A stretch of 64,000 nt of DNA from an uncultured archaeon. Its GTDB lineage: Archaea > Asgardarchaeota > Lokiarchaeia > Sigyniarchaeales > Promethearchaeaceae. Below are positions 55,895-64,000 of this stretch, piece after piece. The number at the start of each line of letters is the position of its first letter. The stretch's first letter is position 1. The stretch is from positions 2,652-66,651 of the forward strand of contig CAYRPF010000006.1 of NCBI GenBank assembly GCA_964426185.1, written 5' to 3'. The notes beneath the pieces were generated by a model. The model was not told the origin of the DNA. It did no database searches and was given only the letters and a program-made list of their open reading frames with translations. The position numbers and the translations under genes were made by a program.

Positions 55895-56706
55895 AGTGTA
55901 AAATCAACCTCTTTCAATAATGAAGAATTTTCCACGCAGCTAACACATTCACGACAAGCCTCAAACCCATTTTTCATAATAGAATTAATAATCAAAGCGG
56001 GATCTCCTGAACATGTTATTGTTCCATCCATCATTATATGGGCACGTGTGATATGGCCGAGAAATTTTAAAATATAACCTAAATGTGTAATGATTAAACC
56101 AGATTTACCTTGTTTCGATGGAATTTTATCACGATCGAGCAATTCTCTCATAATTTTTGCAATTAATTCAACGTTTTCCACATCTACACCTGAATCTGGT
56201 TCATCAAACAAGAGTAAATCTGGCTTTAAAACCATCATTTGGAGGATTTCTGAGCGTTTAACTTCACCTCCGCTAAATCCCAGATTTACATCTCGATTTA
56301 TGTATTCTGGGGAAAATTTAAGCCTAGTTGCGAGTTGCTGTATGTCGGAAGATAATTCATCGGTGCATTCTGTGTTATTTCCTCTTTTTTCGCTGCAAAC
56401 CGTTAGTAATTTAGAAAGTTTAAGCCCATTAATCGCGGGAGGGTGTTGAAAAAGAACACCGATCCCCATTTGGATTCGTTCATTTGTAGGTAAATTGGTT
56501 ATATCTTTATCTTTAAAGAAGATGTGACCGTTAACCACCTTATAATTTTTAAATCCTAAAATAGTTTTTATCAAAGTTGTTTTTCCAGCTCCATTTGGTC
56601 CGAGTAAAACATGAACTTCTCCTTTTTCGATATTTAAATTAAAATCTTTTAAAATTAGTTTGCCTCTTACTTCAACGGCTAACTTTTCTATTCGCAACCA
56701 CGACAT
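55891..56706 (-). CDS. sufC: Fe-S cluster assembly ATPase SufC
   Basis: Walker A GPNGAGKTT, signature FSGGEVKRSEILQM, Walker B LLLFDEPDSGVD, H-loop ITH. Confidence 0.9.
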   Translation of the reverse strand: MSWLRIEKLAVEVRGKLILKDFNLNIEKGEVHVLLGPNGAGKTTLIKTILGFKNYKVVNGHIFFKDKDITNLPTNERIQMGIGVLFQHPPAINGLKLSKLLTVCSEKRGNNTECTDELSSDIQQLATRLKFSPEYINRDVNLGFSGGEVKRSEILQMMVLKPDLLLFDEPDSGVDVENVELIAKIMRELLDRDKIPSKQGKSGLIITHLGYILKFLGHITRAHIMMDGTITCSGDPALIINSIMKNGFEACRECVSCVENSSLLKEVDFTL

Positions 56707-56945
56707 TTAAATTCATTTTAAATAAGTTCGCGTTCAGTATAAAAATTATGATTATGGAAATTTGACCAAGTAAAATTATATCCTTATTCTAATAAATTAT
56801 GTCGGCGATTATCCTATTAAAGGTATATTCCTTTCTTAACAATGAACTTCAAATAAGAATTCGAGTTACATTAATACATTGGAAAAAAACTCCATTTTCC
56901 CAGAATGCCGACTTTATTCGGCGCAAATAAAAGGAGGGAGATTAT

Positions 56946-59549
56946 ATGGTTCAATCAATACCACCCAAAAATAACGACATTTTATTTTCATTGCAGAAAA
57001 TATTCCCCCGACATGTAAAAAATGCAAGGGGATCACTGAAACCCTTTAATCCCGATAAAATGGTTGAAAGCTTAAATAAAGAAACAGGATTAGATTGGAA
57101 TGAATGCATCGAAGTGGTCAAAGATTCACTCAAAAGAATTACAATTTTAGGACTGGTTACCATCCAAACTTCCATGATTCGTGAAATTATGTGTTTAGAC
57201 TTGTTAGCTCGAGGCCATGAACGAGAGCGTAATATTTATGCCAAACTGATTAATCGGAGTGTCATCAAATTTCAGTTAGATCCTAAATTTATGGAAAAAT
57301 ACAAAGGAAAACAACCAGAGTGGGGTCCTTTAGGCTATATTACCTACAAACGGACTTATGCACGTTATATTGTAGCTGAAAACCGCACCGAGGAATTCTA
57401 TGAAACTGTTCAGCGTGTAGTCGAAGGTGTTTATAGCATTCAGAAAGAACATTGTTACAATTTAGGTCTACCTTGGGATCCAGAAAAAGCTCAGAAATCT
57501 GCTCAGCGCATGTTTGAAAAGATATGGAATTTTCGATTTTTACCTCCAGGTCGAGGTTTATGGATGATGGGTACCGAATTCATTGATAAACATGGTTCCA
57601 TGGCTTTAAATAACTGCGGTTTTGTATCCACGGAAGATATTGTTATTAAAAAGACCAAAGCTTTCGAATGGTTGATGGATGCACTGATGCTGGGTGTGGG
57701 GGTAGGATTTGACACTAAGGGTGCTGGAAAACTCGTGATCCAAAATCCTAAGAATGAGACATTTTTATTTGAGGTCCCAGATAGTCGAGAAGGTTGGGTT
57801 CAAGCCCTTAGACATTTATTAACCGCTTATTTTGAGGGTGAAGCAATGCCAATTTTCGACTTTTCCAAAGTCCGTCCAGCTGGTACTCCTATCCGTGGAT
57901 TCGGAGGTGTAGCTTCTGGACCTGAACCATTGAAGGAAATGCTGGATAGTCAAAAAGAATTATTAGATAAACGTATTGGAAAAACTCTTTCATCTGTAGA
58001 TATAGTAGATATGATGAATTTAATCGGAAAATGTGTGGTGGCTGGAAATGTGCGCAGATCTGCAGAAATTGCCTTAGGAGAAATTGATGATGAAGAGTAT
58101 ATCAGTTGCAAACAGGATCAAAAAGCTTTATATCATCACCGATGGGCTTCTAACAACAGTATCATCGGCCGTAAGGGAATGAATTACGATAAAATTATTG
58201 ATTCTATAGCAAAAAATGGAGAACCTGGAATTATTTGGTTGGAAAACTCACAAGCATTCAGTAGAATGGGAAGAGCTCCTGATTATAAAGATAAAAAAGC
58301 TGTTGGTGTGAACCCATGTGGAGAACAGACTTTGGAATCATTTGAACTTTGCTGCTTAGTTGAAACATTTCCTTCTTTGCATGAATCCTATGAAGAATTT
58401 GAAGAAACATTAAAATATGCCTATCTTTATGCAAAATCCGTAACCTTAGTTAATGTACACTGGAATGAGACTAATGCGGTAATGGGAAAAAACAGAAGGA
58501 TTGGAACCAGTCAAACTGGAATTATTGACGCATTCGCTCGTCATGGCCGTCGTACTATCTTGGAGTGGTCGGATAAGGGTTATCAATTTTTACGTAAATT
58601 GGATGAGCAATATTCAGATTTCTTCTGCGTGCCTCAATCGATCAAAATTACAACGGTAAAACCAAGTGGCACTGTTAGTTTACTGCCCGGTGTGGCACCT
58701 GGGATTCATTACCCTCATTCTGAGTACTATATCCGCCGTATTCGGATTTCTAAAGAGTCTACTTTGATAGACCTTTTAAGAGAAGCGAATTATCACATAG
58801 AACCCGATGCATATTCAGATAATAGTTTTGTTGTTGAATTTCCAATTCATGAGAAGAATTTTCTTCGAGCAAAAAAGGATGTTTCAATTTGGGAGCAATT
58901 GGCTAATGCCATAGATTATCAACATTATTGGAGCGATAATCAAGTTTCTATTACCGTTACATTCAAAAAAGAAGAAGTCAAAGATCTCAAATATGCCTTA
59001 CAATTCGTGGAAGATAAAGTAAAAGGATTAAGCTTGCTTCCACTCACTGATTCGGGTTATAAACAAATGCCATATGAGGAGATTACTAAAGAAGAATTTG
59101 AAAAGCGAGTTGCAAAAATAAAACCCATTAAAACATGGATTACTCATGAAAAGTCCGTTGGAACAATTTATTGCGATGGCGACAGCTGCCATCAAGTAGA
59201 CGAAGCAGCAGTTCTCCGAGAAATGGAGAACCTTTTAAATGAACGAATTCCTGCGGTAGAAAATATTTCTTCCGAATCTTTTGGATTTAATGTAAAAAAT
59301 GGAGTAATTCTTGAAGTTGGGCTCTACAATAAACACCTTAAAGCATTACCAAGTAATTTTTCTCATTTGGTTAATTTAAGGAGGTTAAATTTGAAAAATT
59401 GCGGATTAACTCGACTTCCGGATGGAATTGTCGAATTCCGTGATTTAGATTTTCTTGATCTTACTGGTAATTCGTTTGCTTCATTAACACAAGAACAGCA
59501 ACAATGGTTGGATAATTTACAAAGAAATGGTTGTAAAATACTCATGTAA
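56946..59549 (+). CDS. nrdJ: Class II (adenosylcobalamin-dependent) ribonucleotide reductase, monomeric RTPR-like, with a C-terminal LRR extension
   Basis: Catalytic region NPCGEQTLESFELCCL. The C-terminal redox pair CDGDSC (C-x4-C, at 59172-59189) has the spacing I recall for L. leichmannii RTPR. About 119 extra residues follow, with LxxLxLxxN repeats (LVNLRRLNLKNCGLTRLPDGIVEFRDLDFLDLTGNSFASL). Confidence 0.85.
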   Translation: MVQSIPPKNNDILFSLQKIFPRHVKNARGSLKPFNPDKMVESLNKETGLDWNECIEVVKDSLKRITILGLVTIQTSMIREIMCLDLLARGHERERNIYAKLINRSVIKFQLDPKFMEKYKGKQPEWGPLGYITYKRTYARYIVAENRTEEFYETVQRVVEGVYSIQKEHCYNLGLPWDPEKAQKSAQRMFEKIWNFRFLPPGRGLWMMGTEFIDKHGSMALNNCGFVSTEDIVIKKTKAFEWLMDALMLGVGVGFDTKGAGKLVIQNPKNETFLFEVPDSREGWVQALRHLLTAYFEGEAMPIFDFSKVRPAGTPIRGFGGVASGPEPLKEMLDSQKELLDKRIGKTLSSVDIVDMMNLIGKCVVAGNVRRSAEIALGEIDDEEYISCKQDQKALYHHRWASNNSIIGRKGMNYDKIIDSIAKNGEPGIIWLENSQAFSRMGRAPDYKDKKAVGVNPCGEQTLESFELCCLVETFPSLHESYEEFEETLKYAYLYAKSVTLVNVHWNETNAVMGKNRRIGTSQTGIIDAFARHGRRTILEWSDKGYQFLRKLDEQYSDFFCVPQSIKITTVKPSGTVSLLPGVAPGIHYPHSEYYIRRIRISKESTLIDLLREANYHIEPDAYSDNSFVVEFPIHEKNFLRAKKDVSIWEQLANAIDYQHYWSDNQVSITVTFKKEEVKDLKYALQFVEDKVKGLSLLPLTDSGYKQMPYEEITKEEFEKRVAKIKPIKTWITHEKSVGTIYCDGDSCHQVDEAAVLREMENLLNERIPAVENISSESFGFNVKNGVILEVGLYNKHLKALPSNFSHLVNLRRLNLKNCGLTRLPDGIVEFRDLDFLDLTGNSFASLTQEQQQWLDNLQRNGCKILM

Positions 59550-59868
59550 TAGATTTAAATCTATTGTTTTCATATTTTTTATTTATTAACACCATCATTT
59601 TTAAATGAGAGAAGGATGGAATCTGGGATTTTCTGAATTTAACATTTTTCTTTATCTTTGCTTTTTAATATGTAAGTTCACTGTTATTAATTAGAAGAAG
59701 CCGAGTGATTAATCCAGTATCCATAATCAACACTGATATCCCAGGAAAGTGATACCAATTGATTAATAAAAACCGGACTAAAACTGGGAATTTGTTACCC
59801 CAATTACTCTCGTTTACTTCCTTAATTATTCATCACATATCTCACAAACAACCAAAATTAAAAGAAAT

Positions 59869-59944
59869 CCCCAAATTTCAACCCCAAACCTAAAACCCCA
59901 CAAAATGCGTGTCAACGCGCCCCCCTCCCCTTTTAGGAGGGGGG
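59869..59944. other. C-tract island (CCCC x3, then CCCCCCTCCCC) ending in a 9-bp GC hairpin, within the 590-bp spacer upstream of clpB
   Basis: ccccaaatttcaaccccaaacctaaaaccccacaaaatgcgtgtcaacgcgcccccctccccttttaggagggggg. cccccctcc (59920-59928) pairs with ggagggggg (59936-59944). gcgt/acgc forms a mini-hairpin at 59907-59918. Confidence 0.7.
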
Positions 59945-60138
59945 TTAACTACTTTTCTGAGATTATTTTCATTTATCTTATTCCATCCTTTGTGTGCTCA
60001 TTAAAATAAAAATATAGTAAAATATTATTACAAATTTAATGACAACTTTAAGTTAACTTTAAATATGAATGATGCTTTATATAGATTAGAGAAATAATTT
60101 GCCAATTATAGATAAAAAATTGAAACAGGTGAAATATA

Positions 60139-62724
60139 ATGGAACTAAACAGATTTACAATCAAATTACAAGAAGCTTTAATGAAAGCAAAATCATTAGC
60201 CGAATCAAATCATAATCAACAGATAGAAATAGAGCATATATTTAAAGCATTATTAATGGATCCAAACGAAATTGGATCAGTAATTTTACAAAAACTTGGA
60301 ATCAATCCTCAACAGATAAGAAAAAGTATTGATGATGAAATATCACGCATTCCCCAAGTTACAGGAACTACAAGCGAGGTTTATCTATCACGTGATTTGA
60401 GCAATTTAATCAATGATGCAATGTCGGAAATGGATAATCTCGGTGATCAATATCTAAGCGGTGAACACATCTTTTTAGCGTTGGTTAAAGATAAAGATTA
60501 TCACTTGTCAGGATTATTTAAACAAAATGGTTTAACTTATGAAAGAATATTACAAGCACTTTCTGAAATTCGAGGGAATACTAGTATTGATTCTCAAAAC
60601 CCAGAAGGAACTTACAATGTTTTAGCAAAATACACTAAAAATCTCAATGATCTGGCTAGACAAGGAAAATTAGATCCTGTAATAGGACGTGATGAAGAAA
60701 TTCGGCGTGTAATCACCATTCTCTCACGACGAACGAAGAACAATCCCGTACTTATAGGAGATGCAGGAACCGGAAAAACTGCAATTGTGGAAGGTATCGC
60801 ACAACGTATTCATAATGGTGATGTTCCGAATTCTTTGAAAGATAAGGTTGTTATTGCACTAGACTTAGGACAGTTAGTAGCTGGCGCAAAATATCGCGGT
60901 GAATTCGAAGAACGACTAAAGGCTGTACTAAAAGAAATCACAAAAAACAATGGAAAATATATCCTTTTCATTGATGAATTACATACTCTCGTGGGGGCTG
61001 GCGCTGCCGAAGGAGCGATGGATGCTTCTAATATGCTAAAACCGGCCTTGGCACGAGGAGAATTAAGATGTATTGGTGCTACCACTGTAAAGGAATATCG
61101 TAAGTATATTGAAAAGGATACTGCTTTAACTCGACGATTTCAACCAGTTTTCGTAAGCGAACCCTCTGTCGAGCAAACCATTACAATCTTACGTGGGTTA
61201 AAGGAGAAATATGAAGTTCATCACGGAATTCACATTAAAGATGAAGCACTTATTGCCGCTGCCACTTTGTCTCACCGGTACATTACAGATCGCTTCTTAC
61301 CCGATAAGGCTATTGACTTAATCGATGAAGCAGCTTCTCGTCTTCGAATTGAATTGGATTCCATGCCGTTAGAGATGGATAATATTCATCGACAGATCAT
61401 CCAATTAGAGATTGAAAAAGAAGCATTAAAAAAGGAAACTGATGAAGCAGGCCAAAAACAAAGACAAGCTTGTGAAGATAAAATTAAAGAACTTAAACAA
61501 CACTATGAGATGCTGAAGAAGCAATGGGAAGAAGAGAAAAAAATTATAGATGCGATTTCTACTATCAATAAACGGATAGAAGAATCTAAGATAGAAGAAG
61601 AACGAGCCACTCGGGAAGGTGATTTAGAAAAAGCTGCCAAATTTCGATATGGTGTCCGGTTAGAACTGCAAAAAGAAAAGGAAAGGTTAACTCAAAAATT
61701 AAATGAACTCTCCAAAGAAAAGCGCATGCTCCGTCAAGAAGTTACTGCAGAGGACATTGCTCAGATAATCTCCCAGTGGACAAATATTCCCATATCTCGA
61801 TTATTGGAAGGTGAAAGAACCAAACTGCTTCAAATGGAAGATCGCCTAAGAAAAAGGGTTGTGGGACAAGATAACGCAATTTCAGCTTTAGCAAGCGCCA
61901 TTCGACGAGCTCGCTCTGGAATTCAAGATCCCAATCGTCCAATTGGTTCATTCATCTTTTTAGGACCAACCGGTGTGGGAAAAACAGAAACCGCGAAGGC
62001 TTTAGCAGAGTTTCTGTTCGATAGCGAAGATGCATTAATTCGGATCGATATGTCAGAATACATGGAGAAACACAGTGTGTCGCGCTTAATTGGGGCACCT
62101 CCAGGTTATGTAGGATATGATGAAGGTGGGCAGCTTACTGAGGCAGTACGTAGACGACCATATTCCGTAATTCTATTCGATGAAATCGAGAAGGCTCATT
62201 TAGAAGTTTTCAATGTTTTGCTCCAAGTTTTGGATGATGGAAGGTTAACCGATGGAAAAGGCCGAACAGTGGACTTCAAGAATACGGTATTAATCATGAC
62301 TAGCAATATCGGTAGCACTTTAATTGCCGAAAAGAGCAAATCTGGAACAAAGTTAACTCAAGAAGAGATTCATGATTTGTTAAAGCAGTATTTCAGACCA
62401 GAATTTCTCAACCGAGTAGACGATATAGTTACATTTAATTCCTTGACACCAGAGCATATAAAGGTGATTGTTGAAATTCAAATAAGCGAATTGAATAAAA
62501 TATTGAGCAACCGTTCTATCACAGTCAAATTGACTCCGAAAGCTGAAGAGAAACTTGCAGAGATTGGATTTGATCCTGAATATGGAGCAAGACCATTAAA
62601 ACGTACCATTCAACGATATATTCAAGATCCTTTGGCTGTGGCTATTTTAGAAGGACGGGTGCAAGAAGGACAAGAAATTTTGGTTGAAGTTGACAAGCAC
62701 GGCGAATTTCAAATAGCCAGTTAA
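60139..62724 (+). CDS. clpB: ClpB-type AAA+ disaggregase
   Basis: Clp N-domain, two AAA+ modules ([13 protein letters not shown]; [13 protein letters not shown]), a long coiled-coil middle domain between them, and the sensor/GARPLKR motif. Confidence 0.93.
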   Translation: MELNRFTIKLQEALMKAKSLAESNHNQQIEIEHIFKALLMDPNEIGSVILQKLGINPQQIRKSIDDEISRIPQVTGTTSEVYLSRDLSNLINDAMSEMDNLGDQYLSGEHIFLALVKDKDYHLSGLFKQNGLTYERILQALSEIRGNTSIDSQNPEGTYNVLAKYTKNLNDLARQGKLDPVIGRDEEIRRVITILSRRTKNNPVLIGDAGTGKTAIVEGIAQRIHNGDVPNSLKDKVVIALDLGQLVAGAKYRGEFEERLKAVLKEITKNNGKYILFIDELHTLVGAGAAEGAMDASNMLKPALARGELRCIGATTVKEYRKYIEKDTALTRRFQPVFVSEPSVEQTITILRGLKEKYEVHHGIHIKDEALIAAATLSHRYITDRFLPDKAIDLIDEAASRLRIELDSMPLEMDNIHRQIIQLEIEKEALKKETDEAGQKQRQACEDKIKELKQHYEMLKKQWEEEKKIIDAISTINKRIEESKIEEERATREGDLEKAAKFRYGVRLELQKEKERLTQKLNELSKEKRMLRQEVTAEDIAQIISQWTNIPISRLLEGERTKLLQMEDRLRKRVVGQDNAISALASAIRRARSGIQDPNRPIGSFIFLGPTGVGKTETAKALAEFLFDSEDALIRIDMSEYMEKHSVSRLIGAPPGYVGYDEGGQLTEAVRRRPYSVILFDEIEKAHLEVFNVLLQVLDDGRLTDGKGRTVDFKNTVLIMTSNIGSTLIAEKSKSGTKLTQEEIHDLLKQYFRPEFLNRVDDIVTFNSLTPEHIKVIVEIQISELNKILSNRSITVKLTPKAEEKLAEIGFDPEYGARPLKRTIQRYIQDPLAVAILEGRVQEGQEILVEVDKHGEFQIAS

Positions 62725-62987
62725 AAAATTGAAAGTTTACAGAACAAATCCTTCTTCTCTTCTTTCTGGGAAAGCACTTTTTTTCTCATTTTTTTAATTT
62801 GTTATCAGAATGGTTGTTGAACTCCCATCATCTTTTGAACCTGATAACTTTCCTTATTTTCATAGTGATTCTTGCAGCTTTTAGCCAAATCGATCAAATT
62901 TTGCAAGTTCCAACAATGACGCCGGCTGAATATCTAGCATTTCATCCTTGGTTAGCCATCAAGGTGGATGAATTAGAATCTATTCGC

Positions 62988-64000
62988 CTAATTGGGATCT
63001 TGAGATAGGATCTCTCGTGATAGGGGTAAAAATTCTTGTTTTCGTGCATTGTGATCTTTAATGTGCCCTAGAATAATTTCTACGGCTTCTTTTTTGCACT
63101 TACCACAAAGCATCCCACCTCGGCATCGTTGATATCTATCTTGGAGCTTTGCATCATCTTTTTGGAAATGTATCTCCAATAATTTATACACCATACACTT
63201 TTCGGGAATACCACCCAGTTTTTCTTGCTCTTCCTTATTTTTACGACCTCCCGTGTAAGCACCCATAATTTTCTTTCGAATTGATTTAGGGTCATCTCCT
63301 AAATTAAAATAACTATTTGGGCGGGATTTACTCATTTTTTTATTTATATCGTCCAATCCAGGAAGTAATTTATGATAAGTGGCTGAGGGTTTGAAAAAAG
63401 GTCTTTTCTCTTCTTTTCTCGTTTCAGGATTGATTTCTAAACGACTAAAATACTTGGTTAAATCTCGGACTAACCGTAAATGGGGATCTTGATCAATACC
63501 CACTGGAACTACAGTAGGTTGAATGGCATCACGCAATTGAGGCATGAAAATATCCCCCACCTGCACTAACGCGGCCATGTAAAGTGCAAAATCTCGTTCT
63601 CCATAAATTGCGCGCATCATATTATTAGTCACGTATCGACCTGCCCTAAACGGCATTTCCTTAACTCGAGGTTCTCGAGATTGAAGCCAAATATATGCCC
63701 GCTTTGGATCTAATCCCAATGTAAGAACGTCTGCTAAATTATCCACTGCGTATTCAAAGCTTTTCTTATACGGCATACCATTATCTACGAAAGATTCAAT
63801 ATCTGCAATAGCATAATAAACAAATCCCCCCATTTTCTGAAATTCTACAATTTCTGAAGCGGTGGTTAAGGTCCCCAAATGAAAATGGCCACTTGGTTTT
63901 ATTCCACTCATGACAGCCCAAGGTTTCTGATGTTGTATTGCTTGAACAATTTGATTAAAATCTCTATGACCGTAAATGATTTTTCTTCTTAGAAAACGGT
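62988..64000 (-). CDS. trpS: Tryptophanyl-tRNA synthetase (N-terminus runs off the window), with a C-terminal four-Cys motif
   Basis: Class I motifs PSGHFHLGTL (HIGH) and KMSKS, plus GIDQDPHLRLVRD. The frame stays open upstream of the track's Met to position 63998 (RFLRRKIIYGHRDFNQIVQAIQHQKPWAV-MSG...), so the gene is 5'-truncated by the window. Confidence 0.82.
   Translation of the reverse strand, partial: RFLRRKIIYGHRDFNQIVQAIQHQKPWAVMSGIKPSGHFHLGTLTTASEIVEFQKMGGFVYYAIADIESFVDNGMPYKKSFEYAVDNLADVLTLGLDPKRAYIWLQSREPRVKEMPFRAGRYVTNNMMRAIYGERDFALYMAALVQVGDIFMPQLRDAIQPTVVPVGIDQDPHLRLVRDLTKYFSRLEINPETRKEEKRPFFKPSATYHKLLPGLDDINKKMSKSRPNSYFNLGDDPKSIRKKIMGAYTGGRKNKEEQEKLGGIPEKCMVYKLLEIHFQKDDAKLQDRYQRCRGGMLCGKCKKEAVEIILGHIKDHNARKQEFLPLSREILSQDPN

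Noticed and set aside
56090-56449. 119-aa plus-strand ORF
   Set aside because: It is antisense to sufC, which has complete ABC ATPase motifs. The Ser-rich composition is typical of a shadow ORF.
56707-56945. Cobalamin riboswitch upstream of the B12-dependent ribonucleotide reductase
   Set aside because: Only a 5-bp hairpin (GCCGA/TCGGC around 56908-56925) and a Shine-Dalgarno-like AGGAGGG are visible. No B12-box-like conserved core was recognised, and riboswitches are rare in archaea.
59550-59563. 14-nt perfect palindrome tagatttaaatcta immediately after the RNR stop codon
   Set aside because: It is an all-A/T palindrome of very low stability. The following T-runs alone explain termination, so it is not reported as a feature.
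56946-62724. Inteins in the ribonucleotide reductase or ClpB
   Set aside because: Both proteins read continuously through their conserved motifs. They show no insertion carrying intein block A/B or HNG-type ends. The extra length of the RNR is entirely C-terminal (the LRR tail).
62799-63008. 69-aa plus-strand ORF after clpB
   Set aside because: It has a TTG start and a hydrophobic low-complexity translation, and its 3' end overlaps the trpS C-terminus on the other strand. It is probably non-coding spacer between convergent genes.

Overview
This is a strongly AT-rich, densely coding chromosomal window with about 45 supportable protein genes. I recognised no rRNA, tRNA, CRISPR array, transposase or integrase.

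Gene content is archaeal at its core:
- SMC-ScpA-ScpB
- a GINS-like subunit
- the conserved L21e-Rpo4-DUF655-KsgA-HemK array
- a TrpRS
- SufCB

Mixed in are eukaryote-signature-type proteins: a Rab-like small GTPase beside a longin/roadblock-like protein, a gelsolin-like domain protein, HEAT and TPR solenoids, and an LRR tail. There are also bacterial-type metabolic and chaperone genes: histidine degradation (HutH/HutU/FTCD), PlsC acyltransferases, ClpB, an MFS transporter and a histidine kinase. This mixture is what I would expect from an Asgard (Lokiarchaeia-like) genome. That assignment is inference from gene content, not a database result.

The best candidate for an undescribed system is a tightly packed five-gene minus-strand operon at 44261-49655. 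It joins two PlsC-type acyltransferases (one with a degenerate catalytic motif) to a split BCR/HAD-type radical enzyme set (two DUF2229/HgdB-like proteins plus an HgdC/BcrAD-type activase). That architecture resembles the anaerobic bacterial plasmalogen/ether-lipid synthase PlsA-PlsR.

Other notable items:
- a 1487-aa SMC with no recognisable hinge
- ScpA and ScpB with oppositely charged disordered N-terminal tails
- a 914-aa gelsolin-like, coiled-coil, beta-sandwich protein
- an RTPR-type class II ribonucleotide reductase with a C-terminal leucine-rich-repeat tail
- a polytopic membrane protein fused to a long HEAT solenoid
- a perfect 39-nt tandem duplication in the SMC promoter region
- a roughly 100-nt inverted repeat between convergent genes
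- a C-tract/GC hairpin island upstream of clpB

All functional calls rest on motif recognition by eye and need HMM or structure confirmation.
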